Origin: a bacterium
Lineage (GTDB): Bacteria; Bacillota_I; Bacilli_A; RF39; UBA660
Length of the DNA stretch: 64,000 nt
Direction of reading: 5' to 3'
Assembly (NCBI GenBank): GCA_022779465.1
Contig: JALFTB010000035.1
Coordinates: 382-64,381, forward strand
This document shows positions 31,376 through 43,687 of this stretch, piece by piece. How positions within the stretch are numbered: position 1 is the stretch's first letter; each line of letters starts with the position of its first letter. The position numbers and the translations under genes are program-made. Below the pieces are notes generated by a model. The model saw only the letters and a program-made list of their open reading frames with translations, was not told the origin of the DNA and did not search any database.

Positions 31376-31875
31376 TATTCACCATTATCCTTTGTCCAAG
31401 AAATAATTGTGGCATCACTTTTTTTATAACCCATCATAATAAAGCTTGCTTCTTGTTCTGATTTTGATTCTTTACTAAAGGTAAAGTTTATATCATAAAA
31501 TTCTTTTTCTTCATCGGTTAGAAGATCAAGAGACTTTATTGCAATGCTTTGAGCATCTTCTTTTTTACCAGAATTTAGATATACATTAATGTAGATTAAT
31601 TTTCCTTTAACATTAATTGTTACTTTATCTACCATTTTATTTTCTTTAATTCCAGCGATTACTTCTTCTTTATGTTTATCTGTTATTTTAACATTTTCTA
31701 TTCCATTTAAACGATCGCCATATGCATCAGTTTTAGTTTGATTAATAAAGTATACTAAGAATGCAACGCCAATTAGTGCAATACAAAATATACTTATTGC
31801 CATCATGATGCAATAGATACGATTATTTTTGTAGAACCCCTTTAATTTTCCCATAATTATCCACCTCGTACTCAT
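31375..31875 (-). CDS. Hypothetical membrane-anchored protein
   Basis: 166 aa with one TM segment. Its stop overlaps the start of the GGDEF gene, which suggests co-translation. Confidence 0.4.
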   Translation of the reverse strand: MSTRWIIMGKLKGFYKNNRIYCIMMAISIFCIALIGVAFLVYFINQTKTDAYGDRLNGIENVKITDKHKEEVIAGIKENKMVDKVTINVKGKLIYINVYLNSGKKEDAQSIAIKSLDLLTDEEKEFYDINFTFSKESKSEQEASFIMMGYKKSDATIISWTKDNGE

Positions 31876-31942
31876 ATTATACTATACATAATTATATAAT
31901 TCAAATCAGTTTTTTTGACAAATTATTTCAAAAGAAAAAAAG

Positions 31943-33931
<1,989 letters not shown>

Positions 33932-33943
33932 TTATAGTTTTAT

Positions 33944-36022
33944 CTAACTTAATTTTTTTATACTTTTATGATTTTTCATTAATTTTTTTATACCTGATTT
34001 AAAGGCAACGGATATTAATGAACCATCTACTGATATAACAGCTCCAGTTCCATATTGTTCATGAGATATAATACTTCCAACTACAATATCATCGTTTTTA
34101 TCTTCTGTATACATATCTTTTTTATTGATTATTTTTGGTTCTTTAAATGTTTCGTTTTTTTCTAGTAGATTTTCATTAATTTCAGAAATAAATCTTGATG
34201 GCATGTTTTCAGTATCTTTTCCATATAACATTCTTCTTTTAGCGTTTGTTAAATAAAGAATATCTTTAGCTCTAGTAATACCCACATAACATAGTCTTCT
34301 TTCTTCTTCGATGTTATCTTCCATTAAAGACATATTGTGAGGAAATACTCCTTCTTCCATACCGATTAAGAATACAACTGGGAACTCTAAGCCTTTGGCA
34401 CTATGAAGAGTCATTAATGTTACGACGTTACCATCTTCGGTATGATTAGATACATCAGCTACTAGTGATACTTCTTCTAAGAAATCTCCTAAGTTGACTG
34501 AACCAGTTCTTTCTTCATATGAAGCGGTTATACTTTTAAATTCTAGTAAGTTTTCTAATCTTATTTCATTTTCTAATGATTTAACTTGTTCTAATTCTTT
34601 TTTTAATCCGGAGTCTTCTAAAACTTCATCTATTAATTCGGTTAAAGATAAACTTTCACTCTTTTTAATTAATTTGTTAATTATTTCTTTAAATTCTAAT
34701 TCTTTTTTAGTATCTAGAGCTTCAAACATAGAAGTGTTATTTTCTTTAGCTCTTTGTTCAATTTCTTTAATTGCAGATTCGCCAATTCCTCTTTTTGGGG
34801 TATTTATAACTCTTCTTAAACTTATTTCATCTTGAGGATTATATATTAGTCTTAGGTAACTTAGTAAATCTTTGATTTCTTTACGATTATAGAAGTAATA
34901 ACTACCAAATACTTTATAAGGAATTCCTTTTGATAGGAAGACATCTTCTACTACACGAGATTGGGCGTTAGTACGATATAAGATAGCAATATCTGAGGGA
35001 TTATATCCTTTGGTTAATAAATCATTTATTTCATCGATAACTAAAGCAATTTCGTGTTTTTCATCATAGCTGCGTAAATATTTAATTTTAACTCCGTCAC
35101 CTTTGTCCGAATAAAGTTTTAAGTCTTTTCTTTCTTTATTATGACTTATTACATCATTTGCGGCATCTAAGATAGTATTGGTACTACGATAGTTATGTTC
35201 TAATTTAATGGTTTTACAATTTTTAAAATCATTTTCAAAGTTAATTATATTACGATAATCAGCTTGTCTAAAGGCGTAAATACTTTGATTCATATCTCCA
35301 ACAACAAAAATATTTTGATATTTATTTGCTAGTAGAACTGATAATTTATATTGAACAGGGTTAGTGTCCTGATACTCATCTATTAAAATATATTTAAATT
35401 TATCTTGATAGTGTTCTAGTGCTTCTTTGTTTTTTTGAAATAATTCTACTGGTAGTACTAGTAAATCATCAAAATCAACTGATGCACTGGTTCTAAGTTT
35501 TTCATTATATTTATGATATACTTCAACAACAACTTTGTCCATTGGTGTATTAAATAATTTATCTAGTTCCATGTCGGATAACATTTGATTTTTAATAAAA
35601 CTAATTCTATTTCTTACATAAGATGGACTATATTGTTTTGAATCTAGGTTCATATCTTTTAGGATTCTTTTTACAATAGTATTGGTGTCATCACTGTCAA
35701 TAATTGTAAAATTGTTAGGCAAATTAAAAAAAGTATTATTTTCTCTAATTATTCTAAGTCCTAAAGAGTGAAATGTTCCAATAAATGAATGACAATCACC
35801 AATAATATTATTTATTCTGTCTCGCATTTCTTTAGCTGCCTTATTGGTAAATGTTATAGCTAAAATATTATAATCATTTATTCCTTGATCTATTAAATAA
35901 GCAATTCTTGTAGTTAGAACTTTGGTTTTTCCTGAACCAGCTCCAGCCATTACTAGGACTGGTCCATCTACATGCATAACTGCTTCTTTTTGTTCTTTAT
36001 TTAGTTTGTCTAATAATTCCAT
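33944..36022 (-). CDS. pcrA: ATP-dependent DNA helicase PcrA (UvrD family)
   Basis: 692 aa. Motifs AGAGSGKT, DEYQDTN and YRS. It lies upstream of ligA, as in Bacillus. Confidence 0.95.
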   Translation of the reverse strand: MELLDKLNKEQKEAVMHVDGPVLVMAGAGSGKTKVLTTRIAYLIDQGINDYNILAITFTNKAAKEMRDRINNIIGDCHSFIGTFHSLGLRIIRENNTFFNLPNNFTIIDSDDTNTIVKRILKDMNLDSKQYSPSYVRNRISFIKNQMLSDMELDKLFNTPMDKVVVEVYHKYNEKLRTSASVDFDDLLVLPVELFQKNKEALEHYQDKFKYILIDEYQDTNPVQYKLSVLLANKYQNIFVVGDMNQSIYAFRQADYRNIINFENDFKNCKTIKLEHNYRSTNTILDAANDVISHNKERKDLKLYSDKGDGVKIKYLRSYDEKHEIALVIDEINDLLTKGYNPSDIAILYRTNAQSRVVEDVFLSKGIPYKVFGSYYFYNRKEIKDLLSYLRLIYNPQDEISLRRVINTPKRGIGESAIKEIEQRAKENNTSMFEALDTKKELEFKEIINKLIKKSESLSLTELIDEVLEDSGLKKELEQVKSLENEIRLENLLEFKSITASYEERTGSVNLGDFLEEVSLVADVSNHTEDGNVVTLMTLHSAKGLEFPVVFLIGMEEGVFPHNMSLMEDNIEEERRLCYVGITRAKDILYLTNAKRRMLYGKDTENMPSRFISEINENLLEKNETFKEPKIINKKDMYTEDKNDDIVVGSIISHEQYGTGAVISVDGSLISVAFKSGIKKLMKNHKSIKKLS

Positions 36023-36102
36023 AATGCCTCACTATTTCTCTATAAATATTATATCATTTTATGGGGTTAATTTAAATGAAAAAAGCCACTTTATTGTGAC
36101 TT

Positions 36103-37074
36103 TTATTTGAAACGTTCTGGTTCTTTTAATGATCCTTGTGCAATTAATTTATATAACATTTTTTCATAATTATTAGCTTGTTCGATATAGATTTGTTCAT
36201 GTAAATCGTTCTTATTAATATTAATATTTAGATATTTAGCATTGCTTTGAGTGATAATTTCACACATTTGTAATCTTTTAATAATATTTTTATAACTAAC
36301 CTTATATATACGACTATAGATTTCAATTTCTTTTTGTTCAATTTTGTTACGAAATTCACCAAACTCATTAATTAAAGATTGTCTTGGGATTAATAATGAT
36401 AAAGCAAATCTTGTTGTTAAGGCATCTTTATTATTATAAGAAACCATTAGTAGTTCCCCTAAATATTTAGCAACATTATAGCGTTGTTCATAGCCATTGC
36501 TTGCTTCGGGAACTGCTATAATTGGAACATTGTTAATTGTTTCATAAAAGCCTATAAAACCTTCAGTGTCTTTACTTTGAGGTATAGTTATAATCATCAT
36601 GTCATGGCTTTCTAAAAGATATATTAAATTTGAAATAGGTGCGTCTACGGGAATGGTAAAAAATATTCTTAATTTAGTTGCTAGGCTTTCGGCTTCTTCT
36701 AAAGTGTTGATAATATGAACTCCAAATTTATTTTGAAGTTTTTTATCGGAAATAGAAAGGATTTCAAAATAGTTATCAATTTTATTTCGTAAAACGTTTT
36801 TAATTTTTTCTTCTTTAACGCTGGTTATGTTACTTTCTAATTTTAAATTATTAAATTTTATTTCATTATATTGTTCTGTATCCATTATTTCATTGATGGT
36901 TGTGTTATATACTTCAGCAAATTTTTCTAGCTTTTCAAAACTAGGAGATATTTGATTTCTTTCATATTTTAAAAGACCTGGTGCAGATATTCCTAAACGC
37001 TTTCCGGCCTCTTGCATTGATAGACTATTTCTTAAACGTAAGATTCTTAAATTTTCACCAATTGTTTTTTTCAT
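36103..37074 (-). CDS. XRE-family HTH regulator fused to an ImmA/IrrE-like domain whose HExxH motif is lost
   Basis: 323 aa. The N-terminal HTH reads LRILRLRNSLSMQEAGKRLGISAPGLLKYERNQ. The C-terminal region aligns by eye to the ImmA core (RYNVAKYLGELL ... TRFALSLLIPRQ). KYLGE stands where HELGH is expected. Confidence 0.7.
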   Translation of the reverse strand: MKKTIGENLRILRLRNSLSMQEAGKRLGISAPGLLKYERNQISPSFEKLEKFAEVYNTTINEIMDTEQYNEIKFNNLKLESNITSVKEEKIKNVLRNKIDNYFEILSISDKKLQNKFGVHIINTLEEAESLATKLRIFFTIPVDAPISNLIYLLESHDMMIITIPQSKDTEGFIGFYETINNVPIIAVPEASNGYEQRYNVAKYLGELLMVSYNNKDALTTRFALSLLIPRQSLINEFGEFRNKIEQKEIEIYSRIYKVSYKNIIKRLQMCEIITQSNAKYLNININKNDLHEQIYIEQANNYEKMLYKLIAQGSLKEPERFK

Positions 37075-37229
37075 AAGACACCTCTGTTAATATTTTTCTA
37101 AATTTATTCTATCATATTAACTAGTTAAAATCAATAAATGTTTAAATTTTATTTTTTACTGTAAAATGGTTTACTTTCTAAAAATTCTGTGTTTATAATG
37201 GAGTATAGGACTTTACGAGGTGTTTTGGT

Positions 37230-39404
37230 ATGGAATTATTAGTTATCAAGCTTAGACTTTACATTAGAGGAATGAAAAGAAAATGTCTTTCATATACAAA
37301 ACTAAGCAATTTTTTAAAAGAAAATTGTGCAGAAATAGATACTGATAAAGTTATAAGAAAACTTATGGATGAAGGTATTATTTATTTAAATAATGGTTAT
37401 TATTATTGTTATGGTAAGGATGTAAAAAAAGGTATCTTAAGAAAAACTCAAGCGGGTAATTATTTTATTGAAGAAAGTTTTTGCTCAACAGAAAGTAATA
37501 AATTAACCGTATTTGAAACTCATTTAAATGGTGCTATTCCTTTTGATGAAGTTGAATATAATATTAATCATGCTGGGGATGTTGTTGTAACTAAAATTTT
37601 AAAAAGAGGTATGCCTAATGTTGTATGTCAAGTTAGGGAAAAAGAAGATGGTTCTTTATTTATTGAACCTAAAAGAATTCGTGGTAAATTAAATATTAAT
37701 CTTGATCCAAGTGTTGTGAAAATGATTGGTAAGGGTAATTATGCTTTAATTAAAGTTGATAAAGATATGGTTAATGGTTCTTTTGATGGTGAATTTGTTA
37801 AAAGAATTTCATTAAATGGAACGGTTTCTGATGAAATTGCTTTAATTGCATATGCGAATGGATTTGAAATTGAGTTTCCAGAAGAAGTTATGGAAGAAGC
37901 AAGAAAGATACCACAAACTGTTTTACCTGAAGAAATTGAAATGTATAAAGATAATGACTTTAGAGATGAGATGATATTCTCTATCGATCCAGTTGGTGCA
38001 CAAGATTTAGATGATGCTGTAAGCATTAAAAAGCTTCCAAATGGTAACTGGGAAATTGGAGTTCATATAACTAATGTATCTCATTATGTTAAGCCTGGTA
38101 GTCATTTATTTCAACATGCTGCTAAAAATACTACTAGTCTTTATGTAGCTAATACTGTAATTCCTTTGTATCCAGAAATATTATCTAATGGTATATTTTC
38201 TTTAAATGAAGGTGTAGATAGATTAACTAAATCTAATATTTATGAAGTTAATCAAGATGGTGAAATTGTTAGTTTTAGAGTTTGTGATTCAATAATTAAT
38301 TCTAAAAAGAAAATGAATTACGATGATGTCAATAGAATAATTTTAACTGGTGAGGTGCCGGTTGGTTATGAGCCTTTTGTTGAAGATATTAATGAAATGT
38401 GGATAGTTGCTCAAAAAATGATAGAGGCTGCTAAAAAGCAAGGAAGAGTTACCATTGATAGTAATGAACTATACAATGAATATGATGAAGATGGTAATAT
38501 TATTGAAAGTGAAAAGAGACAAGCTTTACCGGCCCAACTAATAATTGAATATTTTATGGTTGGAGCTAATTGTAAGAATGCTGAATATATTGATTCAAAG
38601 GTAGTTCCATTTATGTATAGAGTACATGAAGGACCAAGTATTCAAAAAGTAAAAAAAGCAGAAGCTATTATTAAAAGTATGAATATAGGAATAGATAATA
38701 TTAAGGAATTATGCACCCCTAAACGCATTAGAGAATTTTTAATATCAATTCAAGAATCTGATAAGTTTCCTCTTATTTCTAGATTAATTGGTTCATCTTT
38801 TGCTAAAGCTGGCTATAGTACGGTAAATAATGGTCATTGGGGATTAGCCTCTTCTAAATATGGTCATACAACAAGTCCTGATAGAAGATTTTCAGATACA
38901 AGAAATCAAAATCAAATGGATTTATTTAATGATGTTCAAGCAGGAAAAGTTACATTATCTCTAGCTGATTATGAAAAACTTAAAGATGAAGTTCAGAAAG
39001 AAGCTGTTCATGCGTCTATGATGGAAGTTAAGGCAACCGTTATCGAAGAAGAATGGGAAAGAACTAAAATTGTAAATTATATGAAACAATTTATAGGTTA
39101 TTCTTTTATTGCAACTATTGATGATATTAATAGTAGATATATAGCCGTCACTACTGAAGATGGTATTAGTGGTATAGCTACTTATGATAAAGTTTTAGGT
39201 GATAATTATCAATTTCATGTGGGACATTTTACAGCAGTTGGTAGAAAAACTAAACAAAAATATAAAATTGGTAATTATGTTAAAGTTACAGTGGTAGAAG
39301 TTAATGAATTATCTGGTACTATTATGTTTTCGATAGATCAAAATCTTACTAAGAGTATAAAAGATATGAGAAAAGGAGATGTATTAAAAAAAGAACGCTT
39401 ATAG
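37230..39404 (+). CDS. rnr: Ribonuclease R / RNase II family 3'-5' exoribonuclease
   Basis: 724 aa. RNB motif I is IDPVGAQDLDDAVS. There are N-terminal HTH/CSD-like regions and a C-terminal S1-like domain. GAGGTG lies 7 nt upstream of the ATG. Confidence 0.9.
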   Translation: MELLVIKLRLYIRGMKRKCLSYTKLSNFLKENCAEIDTDKVIRKLMDEGIIYLNNGYYYCYGKDVKKGILRKTQAGNYFIEESFCSTESNKLTVFETHLNGAIPFDEVEYNINHAGDVVVTKILKRGMPNVVCQVREKEDGSLFIEPKRIRGKLNINLDPSVVKMIGKGNYALIKVDKDMVNGSFDGEFVKRISLNGTVSDEIALIAYANGFEIEFPEEVMEEARKIPQTVLPEEIEMYKDNDFRDEMIFSIDPVGAQDLDDAVSIKKLPNGNWEIGVHITNVSHYVKPGSHLFQHAAKNTTSLYVANTVIPLYPEILSNGIFSLNEGVDRLTKSNIYEVNQDGEIVSFRVCDSIINSKKKMNYDDVNRIILTGEVPVGYEPFVEDINEMWIVAQKMIEAAKKQGRVTIDSNELYNEYDEDGNIIESEKRQALPAQLIIEYFMVGANCKNAEYIDSKVVPFMYRVHEGPSIQKVKKAEAIIKSMNIGIDNIKELCTPKRIREFLISIQESDKFPLISRLIGSSFAKAGYSTVNNGHWGLASSKYGHTTSPDRRFSDTRNQNQMDLFNDVQAGKVTLSLADYEKLKDEVQKEAVHASMMEVKATVIEEEWERTKIVNYMKQFIGYSFIATIDDINSRYIAVTTEDGISGIATYDKVLGDNYQFHVGHFTAVGRKTKQKYKIGNYVKVTVVEVNELSGTIMFSIDQNLTKSIKDMRKGDVLKKERL

Positions 39405-39416
39405 GCGTTCTTTTTT
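39386..39416. terminator. Bidirectional terminator shared by convergent rnr and pheT
   Basis: AAAAAAAGAACGC-TTATAG-GCGTTCTTTTTT. The loop contains the rnr stop codon, and there are A/T runs on both sides. Confidence 0.75.
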
Positions 39417-41751
39417 AGTTTTCAATAATTTCTAATCCTTCGTCTTTAATGAATGAAATAAATTTTGTTTTGAAATCTAGTAACTCATCAGATGTTAATG
39501 TCTTTTCGTTTGATCCAACTGTGTAACGAATAGTAATCTTTTTAGTTGTTTCTTCTAAATAGATATCTATTAATTCTCTATTCATGATTATTGGACTAGT
39601 AAATTTATTTAAAGTATTATCTAAATCTTGATAGAATGTTCCACGTTTAGTTATGATTGTATAATCTAAATAAGAACTTGGATATTTACTAATATCTTGA
39701 TATTGATATGTTACTGGTTCAACATTTTCATACTTTTCAAAATCTAAATCAATTACAACAAATGATTTTTTCTTTGATATAGCATTACTTACTTGTCTAT
39801 TAAATACATTAATATGACCAATAATGTTATTATTAACAACTATAGATAAATTTAATTCTGGATTATAGTAATTATCGCATTCATCTTTTAAGAATTTGAT
39901 ATTAACGTTCTTTAATTGACTAAATAAGTTATAAACAATTTCTTTAGCTAGATAATAACCTTCTTTTAGATTATTATTGTTTCTTGTTAGTAAAATACTT
40001 AGATGTCTTTCTTGATTTTCACCTTGAACGGTTGTACCAATTTCGAATAAACCAAATTCATCATAAGTTTTAATGTTAATAGAAGCTGCTTCTAACATGC
40101 TTAATGATAAATCTTTTCTTAAGATATTATCTTCAGTTTTACCTAATAGTTTAGTATTATCAAATTCAACATTTATTTTCTTTAAAAATGATGTTTTATT
40201 CCATAAATATGTATGAATTTCACTTAAGTTATATTTAGTAGCTAAATAATTTTTTACTTCATATTCAGTGTCATATGTTGTTTCTGGAGTACCAAAGGTC
40301 ATTGCCATTTTTAATGGTACTTTATTAAAGTTTTCATAACCATAAATACGAGATATTTCTTCGATTACATCAGCAGCAATACTTATATCTTTAGTTGATC
40401 TAAAGGTTGGTGCAATTACTTCAAATGAGTTAGTTTTATTTTCTACTTTAAATGATAGTGATTCTAAAATATCCATTACGGTTTTGTCATCAATATCAAA
40501 TCCCATATATTTATATAGATAACTTTTATCTAGGGTTATATGGTTTTCTTCTTGAACTGTTGGATAGATATCAGTCATAGCAGTACCAAGGGTTGCATCA
40601 GGATTTTCATCTTTTAATAACTTAATGAATCTTCTAGTAGCAATAATTGCCATGTTTGGATCTAGGCTTTTTTCATATCTGGCACTTGCTTCAGTTCTTA
40701 GTCCTAATCTTATTGCTGTTTTTCTTACGGTTGAGGCTTCAAAGCAAGCAGATTCTAAAACAATACTATTAGTGTCTTCTACGATTTCACTATCTAAGCC
40801 ACCCATTACTCCGGCAACTGCAAAGTATTTACCACCATTTTTAATCATTAGATCTTGATTTGTTAACTTTCTTTCATTGCCATCTAGAGTTGTGTATGTA
40901 CTTCCTTCTTCAGCTAGACCTACTTCGATGTCTTTTACGACTCTTGAATCGAAAGCGTGCATTGGTTGGCCTAGTTCTAACATTAAGTAGTTAGTTAAAT
41001 CTACAATTAAATCGATGCTTCTCATACCAGCATAGTATAAGAATATTTGCATCCAAACTGGTGTTACATTGTTAGTTATATTATCTATTTTAGTACCAAC
41101 ATAGCGGTAACATAAATCCGGATTATTAATTTTAATTTTTAGTTTTTCACCTTCGGTTTGATTTTCTACTAAATCAAGTGGTATTAATTTATGACCAGTA
41201 ATTGCAGCTATTTCCCTAGCAATACCATAATGACCCCATAAGTCTGGTCTATGAGTTAAACTTTTATTATCAATTTCAACAATTATGTCTTCTACTGGGA
41301 ATAGTTTTTTGAAATCTTCACCAATTGGAGTATTATCGGGTAATTCAATTATTCCTGAATGATCATCACTGATGCCAAGTTCTTTACCACTACACATCAT
41401 ACCATATGAATCTACTCCAACCAATGGTCTTTTACTGATTTCAATATCACCAATATGACCACCAATTTTTATACAAGCACTTATTAAACCAACTCTAACA
41501 TTGGGAGCACCACAAACTATTTGAAGAATTTCTTTACCAGTATCAACTTTTAAAATATGTAATTTTTTTGATTCTGGGTGATCATTGCATTCGATAATTT
41601 TAGCTGTTACTACTCCATCGAATTGATTTCCTTTAACTTCAACGCCTTCTACTTCAGCAGTTCTAATTGTGAATTTATCCCAGATTGAAAGGAAATCGAT
41701 ATCTTCACTTTTTTCAATATGTTTTTTTAGTATATTACATGATATTTTCAT
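39415..41751 (-). CDS. pheT: Phenylalanine--tRNA ligase beta subunit
   Basis: 778 aa with an N-terminal tRNA-binding domain and B3/4 and B5 regions. It follows pheS. Confidence 0.95.
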   Translation of the reverse strand: MKISCNILKKHIEKSEDIDFLSIWDKFTIRTAEVEGVEVKGNQFDGVVTAKIIECNDHPESKKLHILKVDTGKEILQIVCGAPNVRVGLISACIKIGGHIGDIEISKRPLVGVDSYGMMCSGKELGISDDHSGIIELPDNTPIGEDFKKLFPVEDIIVEIDNKSLTHRPDLWGHYGIAREIAAITGHKLIPLDLVENQTEGEKLKIKINNPDLCYRYVGTKIDNITNNVTPVWMQIFLYYAGMRSIDLIVDLTNYLMLELGQPMHAFDSRVVKDIEVGLAEEGSTYTTLDGNERKLTNQDLMIKNGGKYFAVAGVMGGLDSEIVEDTNSIVLESACFEASTVRKTAIRLGLRTEASARYEKSLDPNMAIIATRRFIKLLKDENPDATLGTAMTDIYPTVQEENHITLDKSYLYKYMGFDIDDKTVMDILESLSFKVENKTNSFEVIAPTFRSTKDISIAADVIEEISRIYGYENFNKVPLKMAMTFGTPETTYDTEYEVKNYLATKYNLSEIHTYLWNKTSFLKKINVEFDNTKLLGKTEDNILRKDLSLSMLEAASINIKTYDEFGLFEIGTTVQGENQERHLSILLTRNNNNLKEGYYLAKEIVYNLFSQLKNVNIKFLKDECDNYYNPELNLSIVVNNNIIGHINVFNRQVSNAISKKKSFVVIDLDFEKYENVEPVTYQYQDISKYPSSYLDYTIITKRGTFYQDLDNTLNKFTSPIIMNRELIDIYLEETTKKITIRYTVGSNEKTLTSDELLDFKTKFISFIKDEGLEIIEN

Positions 41752-41759
41752 ATTTTCAC

Positions 41760-42770
41760 CTACCTTACATTAAAGTTTTCTAAGTATCTTAAATCTCCTG
41801 AATTAAGTACTCTTATATCATTAATTTTATATTTCATCATTGCCAATCTTGTTAAACCAATCCCAAAGGCAAAGCCACTATATTTTGTGCTATCTATACC
41901 ACTTTCTTCTAAGACATTTGGATGAATCATTCCACATGGACATAATTCTAACCAACCAGAATTTTTACATGTTGGACATCCTTTACCATCACAGATTGTA
42001 CATGAACAATCTAATTCAAAACCTGGTTCAGTAAATGGGAAATAACCTGGTCTTAATCTAACTTTAATATCTTTATGGAATACTTCTTTTAAAATTCCTT
42101 CCATGGTATAAATAAGATTACTAATTGAAATTTTTTCATCAATTACCATACCTTCTAATTGGAAGAATGTATTTTCATGGCATGCATCTAAATCTTCATT
42201 ACGGAAGCATCTTCCTGGAGCACATAGTTTAATTGGTGCACCATGTTTTTGCATTCCTCTTACTTGAAGGGCACTTGTTTGAGTACGTAAAAGCATACCA
42301 TTATCTAACCAATATGTATCTTGCATATCACGTGCTGGATGTGTTTTAGGAACATTTAAAGCTTCAAAGTTATAATATTCAGTTTCCATTTCAGGACCAG
42401 ATAATACCATGAATCCCATGTTTTTTAGAATGTTTGATACTTCTCTACCAACAAGTGTAACTGGATGCAAAGAACCATGTTTACATTTGCAAGGAATAGT
42501 TGGATCAAATGTTAATACTTCTTTACTATTTGATGCTTCGTCTAATTTAGTTGTAAATAATTCTTCAAAGTCTTTTTTGATCTTATTAAATAATGGACCA
42601 TATTCCTTTTTGTCTTCAACTGACATATTTTTGATTTCTGACATGTAATTAGCTAATTCACTCTTTTTTCCTAAATATTTAGATTTAATATTTAAGAAAT
42701 CATTTTCATTTTTGATTAGATCAGCTTCTTGTTTAGCTCTTTCTACTAAATCTTTTAATTGTTCTTTCAT
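41760..42770 (-). CDS. pheS: Phenylalanine--tRNA ligase alpha subunit
   Basis: Class II motifs are present (FRNEDLDACHENTFFQLEG, GFAFGIGLTRL). Start set to ATG at 42770 because GGAGG overlaps the upstream in-frame ATG. Confidence 0.95.
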   Translation of the reverse strand: MKEQLKDLVERAKQEADLIKNENDFLNIKSKYLGKKSELANYMSEIKNMSVEDKKEYGPLFNKIKKDFEELFTTKLDEASNSKEVLTFDPTIPCKCKHGSLHPVTLVGREVSNILKNMGFMVLSGPEMETEYYNFEALNVPKTHPARDMQDTYWLDNGMLLRTQTSALQVRGMQKHGAPIKLCAPGRCFRNEDLDACHENTFFQLEGMVIDEKISISNLIYTMEGILKEVFHKDIKVRLRPGYFPFTEPGFELDCSCTICDGKGCPTCKNSGWLELCPCGMIHPNVLEESGIDSTKYSGFAFGIGLTRLAMMKYKINDIRVLNSGDLRYLENFNVR

Positions 42771-42783
42771 TTTTACCTCCATT

Positions 42784-42992
42784 AAAAAAATTCATAAACT
42801 AAAGGACGACTTATAGCCGTGGTACCACCTTAATTCATGAATTACATGCTCTTATTCGGATAACGCCCGTCTGCGATTAATGCTCCTATATTGAAATTCA
42901 TTACATACTTTAATTTATAAATACTCTCAGCTAATAATATTTACTCTCTTTAAATTGGTATGTAACTACTTAGATATATTCTTCGCATTACA
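42784..42992 (-). promoter_or_regulatory. T-box riboswitch leader, Phe specifier
   Basis: On the minus strand there is an AGAGA box, then a specifier-loop-like GAAUUUCAA containing UUC+A (42893-42895). The T-box sequence AAGGUGGUACCACGG lies at 42817-42829. A terminator follows (UCAUGAAUUAAGG...CCUUUAGUUUAUGA plus seven U). Confidence 0.85.
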
Positions 42993-42998
42993 ATTTTG

Positions 42999-43027
42999 AT
43001 TTTAACATTAAATAATCGTTAAGTCAA
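42999..43027 (-). promoter_or_regulatory. Sigma-A-type promoter for the pheST T-box leader
   Basis: TTGACT, a 17-nt spacer, then TAAAAT on the minus strand. Confidence 0.6.
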
Positions 43028-43030
43028 TTG

Positions 43031-43636
43031 TTAATATGCAGTATTTATGTAGGTTTTATAGTTATCATAAGGGATTTCTTCATATTTTTCATTATATGGA
43101 TGAGATATTTTAATTTTAGTTGTATCTTTACTATATAAATTATTTAAATTATTTGTAGATACTCCAACTACTTCATTATTTTGATAATAAACAAAAGAAA
43201 TTGATAGTTCATTTAATGTAAATTTTGAATTGTTAGTAACATATACTTCGTAATTACCTTCAGCGTTGTGTGTTTCTAAATTTATATCATTTTCATAAGT
43301 ATCTTGATATTTAGAAATATTAGGGATAACTTCAATAGTTTTGGAATCATAATTATTGGGTGTTTTAAATAATTGATAAACTATTTCATGATTAGGAGTA
43401 ATTGCATTAATTGTTGATTCATCTTCAGATATTTTATTTTTATCTTTGTCATAAAAAATAGTTTTGATAGTTAAATCTATATTTTCTTTATTCTTATTAG
43501 TTATAAAGTATATTAAACGATTATCTTTACCAGTTGCTTCTTTGATATTTATATTTCCTTTTAGGGAGTCATCACCTTTTTTTGTGCAGCCAAATGTACA
43601 TAATAAACACAATAATAATATAAGCATTTTTTTCAT
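43031..43636 (-). CDS. Hypothetical lipoprotein
   Basis: 201 aa. Signal peptide with a lipobox-like sequence (LLCTFGC). I recognise no family. Confidence 0.55.
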   Translation of the reverse strand: MKKMLILLLCLLCTFGCTKKGDDSLKGNINIKEATGKDNRLIYFITNKNKENIDLTIKTIFYDKDKNKISEDESTINAITPNHEIVYQLFKTPNNYDSKTIEVIPNISKYQDTYENDINLETHNAEGNYEVYVTNNSKFTLNELSISFVYYQNNEVVGVSTNNLNNLYSKDTTKIKISHPYNEKYEEIPYDNYKTYINTAY

Positions 43637-43687
43637 TGTATCACCTATCTTTATTATACAAAAAAAGACACAATGTGTCTTCTTTAA

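Noticed and set aside
36103-39404. The XRE-ImmA-like gene read as a marker of a prophage or ICE boundary.
   Set aside because: There is no integrase, recombinase, excisionase, phage structural gene or att-like direct repeat in the flanks. The neighbours are core genes (pcrA, ligA, rnr, pheST).
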